A DNA stretch of 64,000 bases from the human T2T-CHM13v2.0 reference genome, Homo sapiens. The translations under genes were made by a program, and so were the position numbers. The stretch's first letter is position 1. Each line of letters opens with the position of its first letter. Location: NCBI RefSeq assembly GCF_009914755.1, contig NC_060925.1. One strand, given 5' to 3'. Of this stretch, positions 1 through 54,203 are shown one piece after another. Below the pieces are notes generated by a model. It was not told the DNA's origin. It was given only the letters and a program-made list of their open reading frames with translations, and did no database searches.

Positions 1-1320
1 TGTCTGCTTTTTAGCATTGCTATTTTGGTTCTATTGTTGTTCTCCCTCCTAAGGAGGAGACGGTAACTAACTGCATTCTGGGTCTGCCCAGAGTATGATA
101 TATCTTCCTCCGCTGGGCCCTGGGCAGAGAAGCTGGGCTGCATTGATTTCCTGGGTGAAACGGAAGTGCAATTCACAGGCATCTTTCAAAGTGGAGAAAG
201 GTCCTGGGTGTGGGCTGGAGCTGGACCTGTCTCTCCTGGCTCCCCTCAGGCAGGGCTGTGGATGATGCACCTAGTCCTGTTTGCCTGACAGAAAAATCAC
301 TTGCCCAGAAAATGCAGAACCCATCCCACTGCTGGACCTCAAATCCAGCATGACTAAGGCACCTTAGTCATCTTTAAATGGATTCTACCCTTTTGCCTGT
401 TTTTTCTGTTTTTTGGGTTTTTTTTTCATTTTGTTTTCCATGTATGAACCCCACAGAAGAGAACACAAGGTGATGGATGAAAATGTTTGAGCAGTTGCTA
501 CCCAACTCGTAGTGATAAAAATACTCAGGATATAAACTGGTAACACCGCTGACGCCTCATAATTACCCAAGTTATGTTGCACTTTTGATTAGAAAATGCA
601 ATTATGTTTATAGTGTTATAATCTCACCTGCCTTTGTGTTTTTGAGAAAATTGCAAGAGAATACCTCTCCTGGAGTAGGCTGCCCTTGCTAATCAGTTGA
701 TTCATGTCTCTTGAAGTGCTCATTGCACTTAAGATAATGAAGAGATGTGGCTTCTCCGGGGCTCTCAGCTCCCACCTAGACTCTGGGGCTTGTTTTTCAG
801 AACAAACAGCTTTGTCTCAGTTGTTTTCTACTCCTCACAGGAAATCCAGCAACTGATTGTCATAGAACTGATTTTTCCCCAAGAATCTGCCTTCCATTCT
901 TTCTTTTTGCTTTCTTTCACTTATTCAATTATTTATCCATTCATCAAGCTGCCATCAATTAAGTGCCTTCCTAATCTATGCTAGGTATTATACTAGGCAT
1001 TGGGGATATGAAGTGTGAGAAGGCAGGGTCCAAGCCCCTCAGAAGCTCCGTCTCATAGAAGTAGTAGGAAAGAAAAGAGACAAGCAGAAGGCAGTGTGAC
1101 TGGGGCCGAGATAAGAACAGGGTGTGAGAGGGGCCCAATCAACCCCATCTGGAGTGAATGAAGACTCAAGGCAGGCAGGCTTCCAGGTGGAAGTGATGTT
1201 TGAGCTGAATTTGAAGAAGGTTGGGACCAGGAAGGGTGTTGTTCAAGCATGGGGAAAGGGGTGAGCCTGCGGGGGGGCAGTTGAAATGGGTTGAGTGGCT
1301 AGGGCAAAAAGCAGAGGCAG

Positions 1321-1322
<2 letters not shown>

Positions 1323-1364
<42 letters not shown>
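1323..1364. repeat. (GT)21 microsatellite
   Basis: Direct sequence. Confidence 0.97.
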
Positions 1365-1367
<3 letters not shown>

Positions 1368-1480
1368 AAGGCAGGAGTGGCAGGAGGTTAGGCTAGAGAG
1401 GGGTGCATCGTAAGGGTCTTCTGCGCTTCCGCGTCAGGAGTGGTGCAGAAAACTCGCCAAGCCATTAAAAAGCTTTTAGC

Positions 1481-1782
1481 AGCGGGGCACGGTGGCTCAC
1501 ACCTGTAATCCCAGCACTTTGGGAGTCCAAGGCGGGTGGATCACGAGGTCAGGGGTTCAAGACCAGCCTGGCCAACATGGTAAAACCCCATCTCTACTCA
1601 AAATACAAAAATTAACTGGGCATGGTGGCACACGGCTGTAATCCCCGCTACTCAGGAGGCTGAAGCAGGAGAATGGCTTGAACCCGGGAGGCGGAGGTTG
1701 TGGTGAGCCAAGATCACACTAATGCACTCCAGCCTGGGTAATAGAGCAAGACTCCATCTCAAAAAAAAAAAAAAAAAAAAAA
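1481..1782 (+). mobile_element. AluS
   Basis: Full dimer with poly-A; TSD aaaagcttt(t/a)agc. Confidence 0.93.
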
Positions 1783-2687
1783 GCTTTAAGCACAGAAATG
1801 ATGTGCTCAGATTTATGCTTCGTGAAGAAAAAAAAAAATCCCTCGGCTTCAGTGTAGAGGATGGAGGGGGACCTGTTGGAAGCAGGAAGATTAATTACCT
1901 GTGACAATGCAAGAGGCTCTTATGAAATAGAGAATAGAGAACCATGTCAGAGCAAAATTTCTATCCATAAGGTCCATTCCTTCTGTTGTCTGGGTAACAA
2001 AGACAATCCCTTGGTATATCATCTACCATGTTTGGGTAAAGCATGACACAGGACCTACGAGCACAGGATTTCTTTTGTTGCTCAGAGAAGGCAAGAATTG
2101 CCATGAGGCGTGACCCAAGATCACAGGATAAGGAATGCACACACTTTGACTTCCCAATCTGGCTTTGACTGGGTCTGTGACTTGGACTTGGGTATCAGTT
2201 CTCCCATCTCAAAGTGAGGAGACTAAACTAAATTGTTCCTTAAGTTTCTTCCAGCTCTGAAATCAATAACGTAATAGCTTAATGAGCTGGCTTTAGAATT
2301 ATATATGAATCTGAATTCTCTCTGCCACTTCTGGCTGCATGACGTTGGGCAAGTGACTTAAACACTCTATGGCTAAGTTTAAAATGGGGGTAGTAAGATT
2401 CTTCTTGCAAGGTTGTTGTGGAAACTAAATGTGACACTGTTATGTAAAGCATTTTTAGCACTGTATCTATGTATAATAGATGGCTGTTACTATTATAAAC
2501 AAAAGTGAAGATAGTTAACCTGGATACTATGAAACAAGGAAACTCATCCCTAGATCATACTATGTCAAGAAACTAGAAAAGTGAATGTGTTAGTGCTTAC
2601 AAATTCAGCTACACGTGCAGTCTTTTCTGCCTCTTAGGCTAGCCAACAGTACTGGGCTGAGATGGTAGTGCTGACACACTGTGACAG

Positions 2688-2705
2688 AGCACCCTCTAGT
2701 GGCCG
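2688..2705 (-). promoter_or_regulatory. CTCF-binding motif (GGCCACTAGAGGGTGCT)
   Basis: Near-consensus match to the CTCF core CCAC/GCAGRGGGCGC on the minus strand. Confidence 0.7.
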
Positions 2706-4657
2706 TAAGCATTAACATTTTCATTACAATTATTGAAGAACATGGCTTTGTGGACATGCATGCAAACATCGAGGATTTGGGTTTGTTACTCTTAGATAAT
2801 GCCAATAAAGCGAATAAACTCTCACTAATTATAGCACTTCTAATAGTAATTCCTTAGTCAACTGTTCCACAAAAATCATGTTCTGGGCATTGATAAGATC
2901 TTGCAGTTCTAAAAGAGACAATTACATTTTAAATTAAAACGTATTAACATTTGAATCTCACATAAAATACTAAGTAGTTCTTTATGAGATTGAAAAATAA
3001 TGTGACATCACTCAAAAGGATGGTGCAGTAGCACTTGGGTTAGGTGGCAGAGCTGGGGTCTTTCTAGGGGCGATCTTGCTACAAACTTGGCTGTGACTTT
3101 GGGCAACTTGCTTCATTTTGGGGAACCTGTTTCCTATTAAAATATAGAACTGTAAGCCTGAACAATCCTTTTTCCAGCTTTAAAATTCTCTGAATTAAGG
3201 GAGATAGGTTATCCATTTTAATATAGAGCTCTGGTTTCAAAGAAATTTGATGTCAACTTTTCTTCATGAACATGGGGTCTCAAGTACAGTAGTTTAAAGG
3301 CCATGCAAAGACAAATTTATACTATTTTAGAAAATCAATCCAAGCCATCTGTAGCAGAGATAGCTAGTCATTAACAACGATTCATATTTCCTTTCCATAA
3401 TGTAGAATTTTGCAGAAGTACCTGTCCAATCAGGACTCCATTTAGCGGCTCCCTTTGCATTCAGGTGGGAACGTATGTTTAGTTCTTCCCAAAGGAATAG
3501 CAAAAACCATATGTATTTCCAAGTAGTTAAGTACCAGGTGCGTAACCCTCCACTCTTCCTCGTTCCCCTTGTCCTCCAAGGGATAACACTAATGTGAAAG
3601 GAATCTATTGAAGATGAGCTGCCCAGGAGGGCCACCCAATCAGAAATACCTGCATTGGATTTACTATTTCTTGTACTTTGCCACCTAAATGATTATCATT
3701 TAGGTGCCTGAGTTCAAACTGGTTCTGTAACAAGACAGAATATGCCTGTACTACTCTAAGGAAAATTAGCTTATAGGAATAAAAATTTTTCTGCAGATAC
3801 TAACAAAATTTAAAGGCTGCATAGTTGATCTAGCAACTAAGGTTCTATGACTCTTCTGAGAAGTATTAACTGTGTAAAAGAAAAAATATATTTTTAATAG
3901 AAAAATGGAAACAACCTGAAGTTCAACTGAAAACAGATCAAATAAATTAAGACAAATATATACTGCAGAATACTATGTACTTACTGTAAAGGATGAATAG
4001 ACTTTAGGCACCAACATGGAAAGATGTCCTCAATGAGAATTATAGAAGTTAAAGATATACAGTATGATTCTGTTGGGTTTTTAAAAAAAATTTGTAGGTT
4101 TTGCATAAAGACTGGAAAGTTGACGATCAATAAATGAGGGAATACTGCTTTTAAGGTAGATTTTCACTTCCTTTACACCTTCTACAGCCTTTAGTTGACA
4201 GAATGTGTATTGCTTTCATAATGAACATCTTCATATACTCTACCCTTTAACCAAAACTCTCGCCATTCTCACTCCTTACCTCCACACCTATGCTAAACAC
4301 CTCTCTGGAGCATCCTCCCACAAATGCTATTTAACCAAATCTGATTAGGCGGCTTCTCTTCCCCAGAAATTGATCTCACTGCTCATATTCCAGAGAATTT
4401 TCTCTCATTTGTTTAACCATCCATTATCCTGGAAGTCTTTTTGCATCTCAGTGTCTTAGCTATTCATGTTGGGCTTTATCTGTTTTCCCACTTACAAGGC
4501 TTCTTGTGGGAAGAAATTAAGATTTCCTCATCTTTGCTTCCCCTACAGTGTTCTATATAACAGATGCTCAACAAATCTTTGATAAATTAAAATGTGGCAT
4601 TTTTTTGCAATTCAATGTGTATATTGCTAATAATTTAGAAATAATCCAAATGATCAC

Positions 4658-4677
4658 TTTATTTTCAAAATTTTATT
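4658..4677 (-). terminator. Tandem polyadenylation signals AATAAA (4658-4663 and 4672-4677), probable distal MYSM1 poly(A) site
   Basis: Two tttatt hexamers on the + strand at the end of the AU-rich block. Confidence 0.7.
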
Positions 4678-7600
4678 TTTATGGAATTTTCAGCATGTTT
4701 AAACTTAATTTTTAGAACAAAATCCAAAAGCTTAAAATCAGATATCTTATAATGTGTCACAATTAAGTATGGAGAGTTCTGTCATTTTTGAGGAAAATCT
4801 TTCATAATTCTTAAAATGCAGATATTTACAACATTTTTAAATACAGACATATACAACATGGCATATTTAAATGTACAAAATAGTTGAAATTATATTTTAT
4901 CACAGAACATTCCAAAATTCAAACTAATTTTTAAAAGTCCACAAACACTGATAGCATTTGGAAAAAAATAGCAACAAGTTTATCAATAACCATGCCATAT
5001 GTTTAGTAACTAACTTACTTATACACAACACATAATTTACATGTCAAATCCACAAATCTAAAAGATATATGACTAATCTATTTAACTCACGCTAGAATCT
5101 AAATACTATTTTATAATTCATAGGTTTAAATACATGTTTCACAGTAATCTATGAAACAGGAATATAAACTATGAAAACATATTTAACTGACTTCTTAAGA
5201 GACGAGGAAATGTCAAAAATAGCAAATCAGGCATTTTTTCCCCTGAAATTAAAGTTCTTATGAATACCTTCATAAACACCAAAGGAAGAAAATAAAAACA
5301 ACTCAGATACTACAACTTAATTTTTACCTTCTCAAACTTCTGTTTAGAGCTCTTGGCATAATCACAGCTCCCCTGGGATATTTTTATTTTTTCCTGATTT
5401 AGTGGAGGCAACTATTTATTCCCTCCCTTGTTCCAGGAAAAATGTAAGGTGGCTTAGAAGATAGACTCAGAATATACTAGAAAGTATAATTATAGGTTAA
5501 ATAAAAAAGAAAATAGAGAAAGCAGAATTTGGGGGAATAGCACATGAAGCCATTTAAGAAAAGGTCAGGAAATATATCCTAAAGTATATTACATTATTCT
5601 CCCACAGTGATTTTCTGGAAATATTGCAAAATACATTAATTTGTAAGAAAACTAATATTAAAGTACTGGTAAACTAGAGATGCTGATCAAATTTGTTAAA
5701 TTATTTATTTACCCTGATGAAGCAGATGATTATAAAAATGTGTGTGCTTTTCTTTGTGCTTGGATAAAAGAAGTTTTCCTAAATACCATATATTGGTAGA
5801 GTATAGGTGAAAAAAAAAATAAAATTTGGGCACCCTTACTGAATTTCTACTGAGAATTCCATCAACTGCTGTCTGCTGACTTGCGACTGGATGGCTTCAA
5901 CTCAGGTGCTCATGTGTTACATGGCTGTTTTGTGAGCACAAAACAGAGCAACATCAATTCCAGGGCATCCTGACTATTGGTTCCTCCAGCTCACCTCATC
6001 AGGACCCAGGAAGAGAAATGGGAGGAAGGTAATGCAGAGGAGACCTGCTCAGGTTGGCATGTTGAAGCCACAGTCTCCTCTGTTGGGTTGAGAGCTGCAG
6101 AGGTTCTGACTGTGCTTACAGTCTGCATGTCACAGACCTCAACCCCACTCCTAGGGGCAGGGAAGGAATGGTATGGACAGAAGACTGGGAGCAGCATTAA
6201 ATAGCTTCATGGAAACATGCATGGTCTGTCCATCTCTATTTTACAGGCCTAGCTTTCAACAAATAATAGAAAGAAGGGTCTTGTATTTATATGCTGAGAA
6301 GTAAGAATGCAGGGAGTGATGATGAAGGAAAGGGTTTGTGGGAAATGGAGAGGAAAGAAAGGTAGTAGGATGTTTCCCTTTCAAGTGTGGCACGAGTTTC
6401 AAAACTACAGATTAGGGACTGACCAAAACAAAAATATCTGAAGACTAAAACAAACCACTGCCTCCTATCTTTTTTGAGGATGAATGGTCCCAAGTAATCC
6501 TTGTGAGTTTTCGTTAGGTTGGGAAGGAAGTAAGTTCAAGTCTATAGATCTATAACCGTGGAAACTGCAGTGCTCCTGGATGGAGTGGCAAAGGCTTCTC
6601 CAAGGACTGTGGTGGTGGGAGAAGGGGACAGAATAATGACTGCTATTTTTCCAATGATGCCCTTCAGAATACAGGCAATGCCAACTTATCCATTAGGCAC
6701 AGTACCTAAGGCCCACAGTTTTTTAGAAGCCCACAAAAATGTTTTAATTTTTTTTAGCCTCATAAGAAAAAACTGAACTTCTAAACAAAATGTTTTAATC
6801 TAAAATATTAATACATTCATTTCATACAGATACAATTGTAAAATATCACTTTTAATTTTGTATGGAAGAAGGGGTCTAAGATGGCAAAACTATCTAGGGC
6901 CCACAAGAATCATAATGCAGCTCTGAATACAGGGTCAAACAAACTGTAACTGAAGCAATGTAACTTGAACTGGAAACTGAAGATAATTTAAAAGGATTAG
7001 AGAAGAATGGTCAAGGCTAAAATAATGGAGATGGAGAGTCTGAGCTTACTGATCCTGTTCCACTGGTTTTTCTTTTCTTGAATGTTACTTTGGAATTAGA
7101 TTAAGTCTAATACTGGGGAAGCGCTAGTGTCGATTTCCATTAGCCAAGCCAGAAAAAAAAAAAAAATTAGGTCATTATTTTATAGTCATTGTGCAATAAC
7201 AAAGACAGAATCAGGATGAAGACACCTGCATGTCTTTAAGTCCTTTAGTCCTTTCTCCACTTCTGTAAACATTATTAAAGGCAGGTGTTCCTTTGAGACT
7301 CTGCCTCCTGAACTTCCTGTATCATAGGCCCCCTCAGTTCTAGACTTCCTCTGTGCTTCTACAAGGCCCTGGCTCCATTATCCTCGGTAGTAGCCCAAGG
7401 CTGGTAGTGCCAGCAATGTGGGTACCTGTGGTTGCAAAATTGTTTTAAGAATATGACAAAAGAAAAAGGAAGCAGGGAAAATGATGGAGGAAGAGAGAAA
7501 GAAGTAACCAAGTTTAACATACTAAAATTATACTGTCAAAAAAATGGGGAAGGATTTATATACTAATTGTGTTTTTTTAAATAGTAGCACTGAGATATTT

Positions 7601-8786
7601 GTACTTCACACTTCTCTGTATTTTAAAATATACTTTACAAGACAAATGTACTCTATAGTCAGAAAATACTAAGTATTATTTTGAAAACTGTGCTCTCAAG
7701 GCCCCAAACTCTTGACAAGTATCATCCTTGAGATCCTCGCAATATGGCTTAGATTAGCAAATATGGTTAAACATTGGCACACAGGGCAAGGAGACTCAGA
7801 TTTGAGAGCAGAACTTTTAACAATTTCCATTACTTTCCATCACCCAAATTCATCAGTATTATAGGGAAATGTCAATCAAGAAAGCTAGTATAAAACATTT
7901 TTTAGTATTTGTTCCCCAATATATCATGAGGAAACAGGTCAAAAGGAAGATGAGTACAAAGGAATCAATCACTGCCTTTCACAGAATCACGCAACTTCGG
8001 AGCTTGGAAGGGAATACTAAGCCATAAAATTCAGGCCCTTGATTTACTGGTGAGGAGCATGGGGTCCAGGTTATGTGTTTTGATTAAGGTCACACAGCAA
8101 AGTTGGTAACAGAGTTAGGGTAAGAGCTCAGGTTTCCTGACTTTTGGTATAGTTCCTCTTACACTCTCAGCCCTCAAACTAATTGTTTTATAAGCTATAC
8201 TTCACTGTTTATCCTAAGTGCACACAGAGAAATGGAAAAATACTACCCTTTTTTTTTTAAATGTATGTTAATTTGGAAACTGTATTAACTCAAAATATAA
8301 ACTTCACAAGAGTAGTCCAACGATTAGAATGAACAATAAAATTTTAGTTCTGGAAGGACATTAAGAAGTTAAGTTAGACTTCAGTTACACAAGAATTAAG
8401 GCTCAGGGAAAGTAAACTGTATCTCCCCAAATCACAAAGTTGAGACAAGAACCAGGTCACCTAAAGCTGACTCACTGCTTCTTCCAATACTCCTTATTCT
8501 TCATTGGCTATTGATTACAAACAAAGCAAAATATAGAATCAATCTGATTTAGATATAAGGAAACGTTAGTAAGAATGTTTGGTGAATAGCTATAAATCAA
8601 TTCTCTGACTACTAAGAAATAAACTAAAATCTACTGAATTTCAATAAATGAGGCAGCATTGACTGCTTATTTTATTTTAAAATTGGCTTAAATGCAGATC
8701 ATAATTCTGAGTTTTGGTGTCATTTGAAGATGACGTAAAGCTTAACAAATGTAAAACAAAATTCTAATGTTTAAAATTCTCTAGAT

Positions 8787-8870
8787 CAAGGGTTGGAGAA
8801 TAATAGCCAACAGCCTATGTTTTATGAGGCCTGTGAGTTAACAATGGTTTTTATCATTTTAAAGGGCTGT

Positions 8871-8922
<52 letters not shown>

Positions 8923-9013
8923 GAAGAATGTCTCATAGACATCATATGTGGCCTGAAAAGCCAAAATTATTTACAAACTGGCCCTTTACATTAAAAAAGT
9001 TCACTGACCTCCA
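8787..9013 (+). mobile_element. MER58-family hAT MITE in the 3'UTR, carrying a (CA)n tract
   Basis: caagggttgg...tatgtggcctgaaaagccaaaattatttacaaactggccctttaca...ctgacctc. Confidence 0.7.
8875..8920. repeat. (CA)23 microsatellite, read as (UG)n in the MYSM1 3'UTR
   Basis: Direct sequence. Confidence 0.97.
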
Positions 9014-9921
9014 TTATAGATTCAGAAAGCATATGAAACTGGGCTGAATATGTAACATGTCCTGAAAGGCTTGTTTTAAAAATTAAATCTCTGATTTATT
9101 CCAGCTTTATTATCATTTGCCTCTTTCTCCTAGTAGTAGGCAGTAGAAAAAAAGTTTGAGTTATGATTACCTATGTTCCAGTTAAATGAGGTTTTATCAC
9201 ACCTACTAATGTAAGTGGACTCACAATTGAAGCTAATTATTTTATGTGTGTAAAATTGGTTAAAAATTTTCAGATAGCTGAGAAAATGGCATATCTTATG
9301 ATACTACTGCTATACAATGAAATGGAAGATAGTATCTATGATTAGAAACTGGTAATTTAGTTCTCTCCTTTGGGTTTTTCCTGTTTTTAAGATTTTCTTG
9401 TCATGCCTCTCCTGGTCTCCTGTTAGATTTATTAATCAGTAGTTCTAAACCATATTAATTATCTCAGTGACCACCCATCCATATCTCATTTATAGCCATA
9501 AACAAATCTCAGCAGAATATATGGAAAGAATGGAAGTGCTTTTAAATGAAATAGGAGATACCACAATGGAACATAAATGACTAGTTCAGGGAAGAAATGA
9601 CTTAGAGACATAGTCCAAATCCCAAGCTGAACACAACAGTAAAGCCGACCAGGTTGCTTAGTTTCACAGCCTACAGCATTGCTCAGTAAAGGACTAGAAC
9701 ACCGTGGTGGACCCTGGTTTGCAGAACACTCTGATAATCACTATATGAAAACAAATTTGTATCTCTTCCTTTTCACATGATTTATGTGGCAAAGTTTGGA
9801 TTTTGTGAAATAGAGAAAAAATACCAAAGCTGTGCCAATGTTAACTACAATCACTTCAAGTTTATAACTTTGAAAGTAAGATCTACTGTGTCAAGATTAA
9901 AATGTCTTAACTTTAAAATAA

Positions 9922-50022
<40,101 letters not shown>

Positions 50023-50243
50023 GATGGGACCTGACCCCGTCCGTCCTCCCGAGAGATCCCGCGAGACGAAGATGGCCCGGGGGCAGGGCCTAACGCGTCA
50101 CGGGGCGGGATTGAAGCGTCGTCCGGCCCCTCCCGTGCCGGGAGGCGGGGTTTCCAGAGCAAAGGCGCCCCCAGAGGCCTGGGGCTTGGTCCTTTCTAAC
50201 TTGTTGACATGTAGAGACCTTGGGAAGTGGCCCACGCCTGAGC

Positions 50244-50546
50244 TTTTTTTTTTTGAGAGGGAGTTTCACTCTTGTTGCCCAGGCTTGGGTGCAATGGCGC
50301 GTATCTCAGCTCACTGCAACCTCCACCTCCCGGGTTCAAGCGATTCTCCTGCCTCAGCCTCCCAAGTAGCTGGGATTACAGGCATGCGCCACCACGCCCG
50401 GCTAATTTTTGTATTTTTAGTAGATACAGGGTTTCACCATGTTGCCCAGCTGGTCTCGAACTCCCGACCTCCCGACCTCAGGTGATCCGCCCGCCTCGGC
50501 CTCCCAAAGCTCTGAGATTACAGGCGTGAGCCACCGCGCCCGGGCC
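50244..50546 (-). mobile_element. CpG-rich AluS abutting the promoter
   Basis: Reverse dimer; TSD cctgagctt; internal 8-bp duplication ctcccgac at 50461-50476. Confidence 0.92.
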
Positions 50547-51145
50547 CTCCTGAGCTTCTAAGAGCTTCTGTTCTTGCACACATTCTTTGGGACCTCACTG
50601 CTCTCACTGATAAAATGGGGATAACAGCAGTATCTTTCTGGACTGATGAAAAAGTCAAGCTAGACCCGCTTTGTGAACTGAAGGTTGCATACCTGCTGGT
50701 TATTTAAGTCTCTCTCTTTGTTTTTTAAAGAAAAGGGTCGTGCAGCACTTATGTGAAGTCGTTCAGCATTTCACCTAAGTGCTGAACAACTTTTATTTTA
50801 AAATTCAACAAATATTTAAGAATATAACTTATGATTGTGTAATTTATTTTGTAGACGTCTTTGCAATTTAAAAATCACGCTCATGACCATTAATCCTTAC
50901 AGTGTCCCAGTGAGGTAGGCAGAGCTAATATCACCAGTTATACTTTACAGGTGAGGTAACTGAGGCCTGGAGAGCTGAAATGACTGTCCAAGGACAGGTA
51001 GCTTCAAAGACAGAGCCAGGAGTAGAATCCAGGCTTTGTTGACCCTCTACTGAGTGCTCACCATGTAACAATCATGTTGTTAGAAATTGGAGGATAAACA
51101 CCACTTCTGTCTAGTTTATAGTTTCTCAAGAAATTAGATACTGAC

Positions 51146-51476
<331 letters not shown>

Positions 51477-51943
51477 CTATCACTCACACCTTGTAATTTT
51501 TCATCCGTCTGCCTTCTGCACTGGACTGTGAATTCCTTAAGGACAAAGACCACGTCTGCTAGTCCTTACACTACCAATATTCAGCATAGTGACACATAGC
51601 AGGTGCTCAATAAATATTGAACAGAGGAATGAATGAATGAATTAATTAATTAAATGACCTCACTTCTCACACTATTCCCAATTTGTCCCATCTCACCTTT
51701 GTTCTCAGGCTGCACTCTGAATATGATGGCAAAAGATGGAGAGAAAGAATTGCAAAGAGGGAGAGCCCAGTTCAGAAACCAAACACTGCTAGGGCCCATT
51801 CTCAGGCCACCATGGGAGTGCTGCTTCTGTTGTCAGTGGGCTTATCCAGTAACCAGTCCCACTGGTAACACCATGCCTGGAACAGAGTAGGCACTTAAAG
51901 ATGTCTGTTGAATTTAATTTAGAGCAAAATTAGGGTTTCTTAA

Positions 51944-52368
<425 letters not shown>

Positions 52369-52912
52369 TCAAATGAGAATGGTGCTTTCTAGAGCATAAT
52401 GCAGAATACCATGTGAACAGCATCTCTGGCAATGCAGACGCAAAAATGTTTCTGGTCCAGTGCCAGATATCAGTAGGCATTAAAATATATGTGGAAGGAA
52501 AGGCCTGTACAGAATTCAGAGTTGCCCAATTCGTCTCAAAACCCCCCTGAACAGAGACACTAGCATAAAGCTTTCCCGTACACACCCCACACCCTGCACT
52601 GGGTCCACTGGCTTTATGTGAAACTGGCTCGTTAAGGGTCTAGGTCTAACTCCTTCCAACAGGATAGAGCTATGAGCTCACATGCAGATGAACTCCAGAG
52701 GCCTGGTCTACTATTTAAAATTCCCTCTAATCCTGCAACCCTAGGACTTGTTGAAAGACTCATTTCTCACCAAGTAGTTTGAAAGCAGAATGAATAATTC
52801 AGAATTAGTGTTTCATGAAACTTGTAGCATTCCTACTGTGCTTGGTACTGATGCATTGAATGAGATTGACTCAGTGTCTGCCCTCATAAAATCAATCAAA
52901 TGTGCAATTTCA

Positions 52913-53553
<641 letters not shown>

Positions 53554-53744
53554 CTACGTGTCCATGTAGCTCCACGTCTGCTACAGATGTGTGCTAAAAG
53601 AGTAATAATCATAATAATAAGCTTCATGATAGAGAACCTACAAACTGCTGTGGGATCTCCGAAGAGGGGCACTTAGCCCAGGATGAACCCTCTCCTTTAC
53701 TGTACTTCTGAGGAAAACGTGGGTCAGTCAAAATTTGAAAGTAC

Positions 53745-54203
53745 TGTCAGGCCTCTGAGCCCAAGCTAAGCTATCATATCCCCTGTGACCTGCACGCATA
53801 TATCCAGATGGCCTGAAGCAACCGAAGAGCCACAAAAGAAGTGAAAATAGCCTTAACTGATGACATTCCACCATTGTGATTTATTTCTATCCCAATTGAT
53901 CAACGTACTTTGTAATCTCCCCCACCGTTAAGAAGGTTCTTTATAATCTCCCCCACCCTTAAGAAGGTTCTTTGTAATTCTCCCCACCCTTGAAAATGTA
54001 CTTTGTGAGATCCAACCCCTGCCCCCAAAACATTGCTCTTAACTCCACCGCCTATCCCAAAACCTAAAAGAACTAATGATAATCCCACCACCCTTTGCTG
54101 ACTCTCTTTTCAGACTCAGCCCGCCTGCACCCCGATGAAATAAACAGCCTTGTTGCTGACACAAAGTCTGTTTGGTGGTCTCTTCACACGGATGCGTCAG
54201 ACA
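53745..54203 (+). mobile_element. Solo LTR7 (HERV-H LTR)
   Basis: Begins TGTCAGGCCTCTGAGCCCAAGCTAAGC, has internal tttgtaatctcccccaccc repeats and AATAAA, ends in CA; 5-bp TSD AGTAC at 53740-53744 and 54204-54208. Confidence 0.9.

Larger units (their letters stand above)
4645..9921 (-). other. MYSM1: MYSM1 long AU-rich 3'UTR (about 5.3 kb); distal end approximate
   Basis: Runs from the stop codon to tandem AATAAA signals; consistent with my recollection of a long MYSM1 mRNA. Confidence 0.75.

Noticed and set aside
3327-3635. 102-aa - strand ORF downstream of MYSM1
   Set aside because: No recognisable homology and a non-ATG (GTG) start; consistent with chance or decayed repeat
5977-6776. Overlapping short ORFs in a GC-richer patch of the 3'UTR
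   Set aside because: Short, on both strands, with no motif; probably decayed ancient repeat sequence
53895-54010. Three similar units of about 32 bp that superficially resemble a spaced array
   Set aside because: Normal internal tandem repeats of LTR7 with no unique spacers; not CRISPR-like
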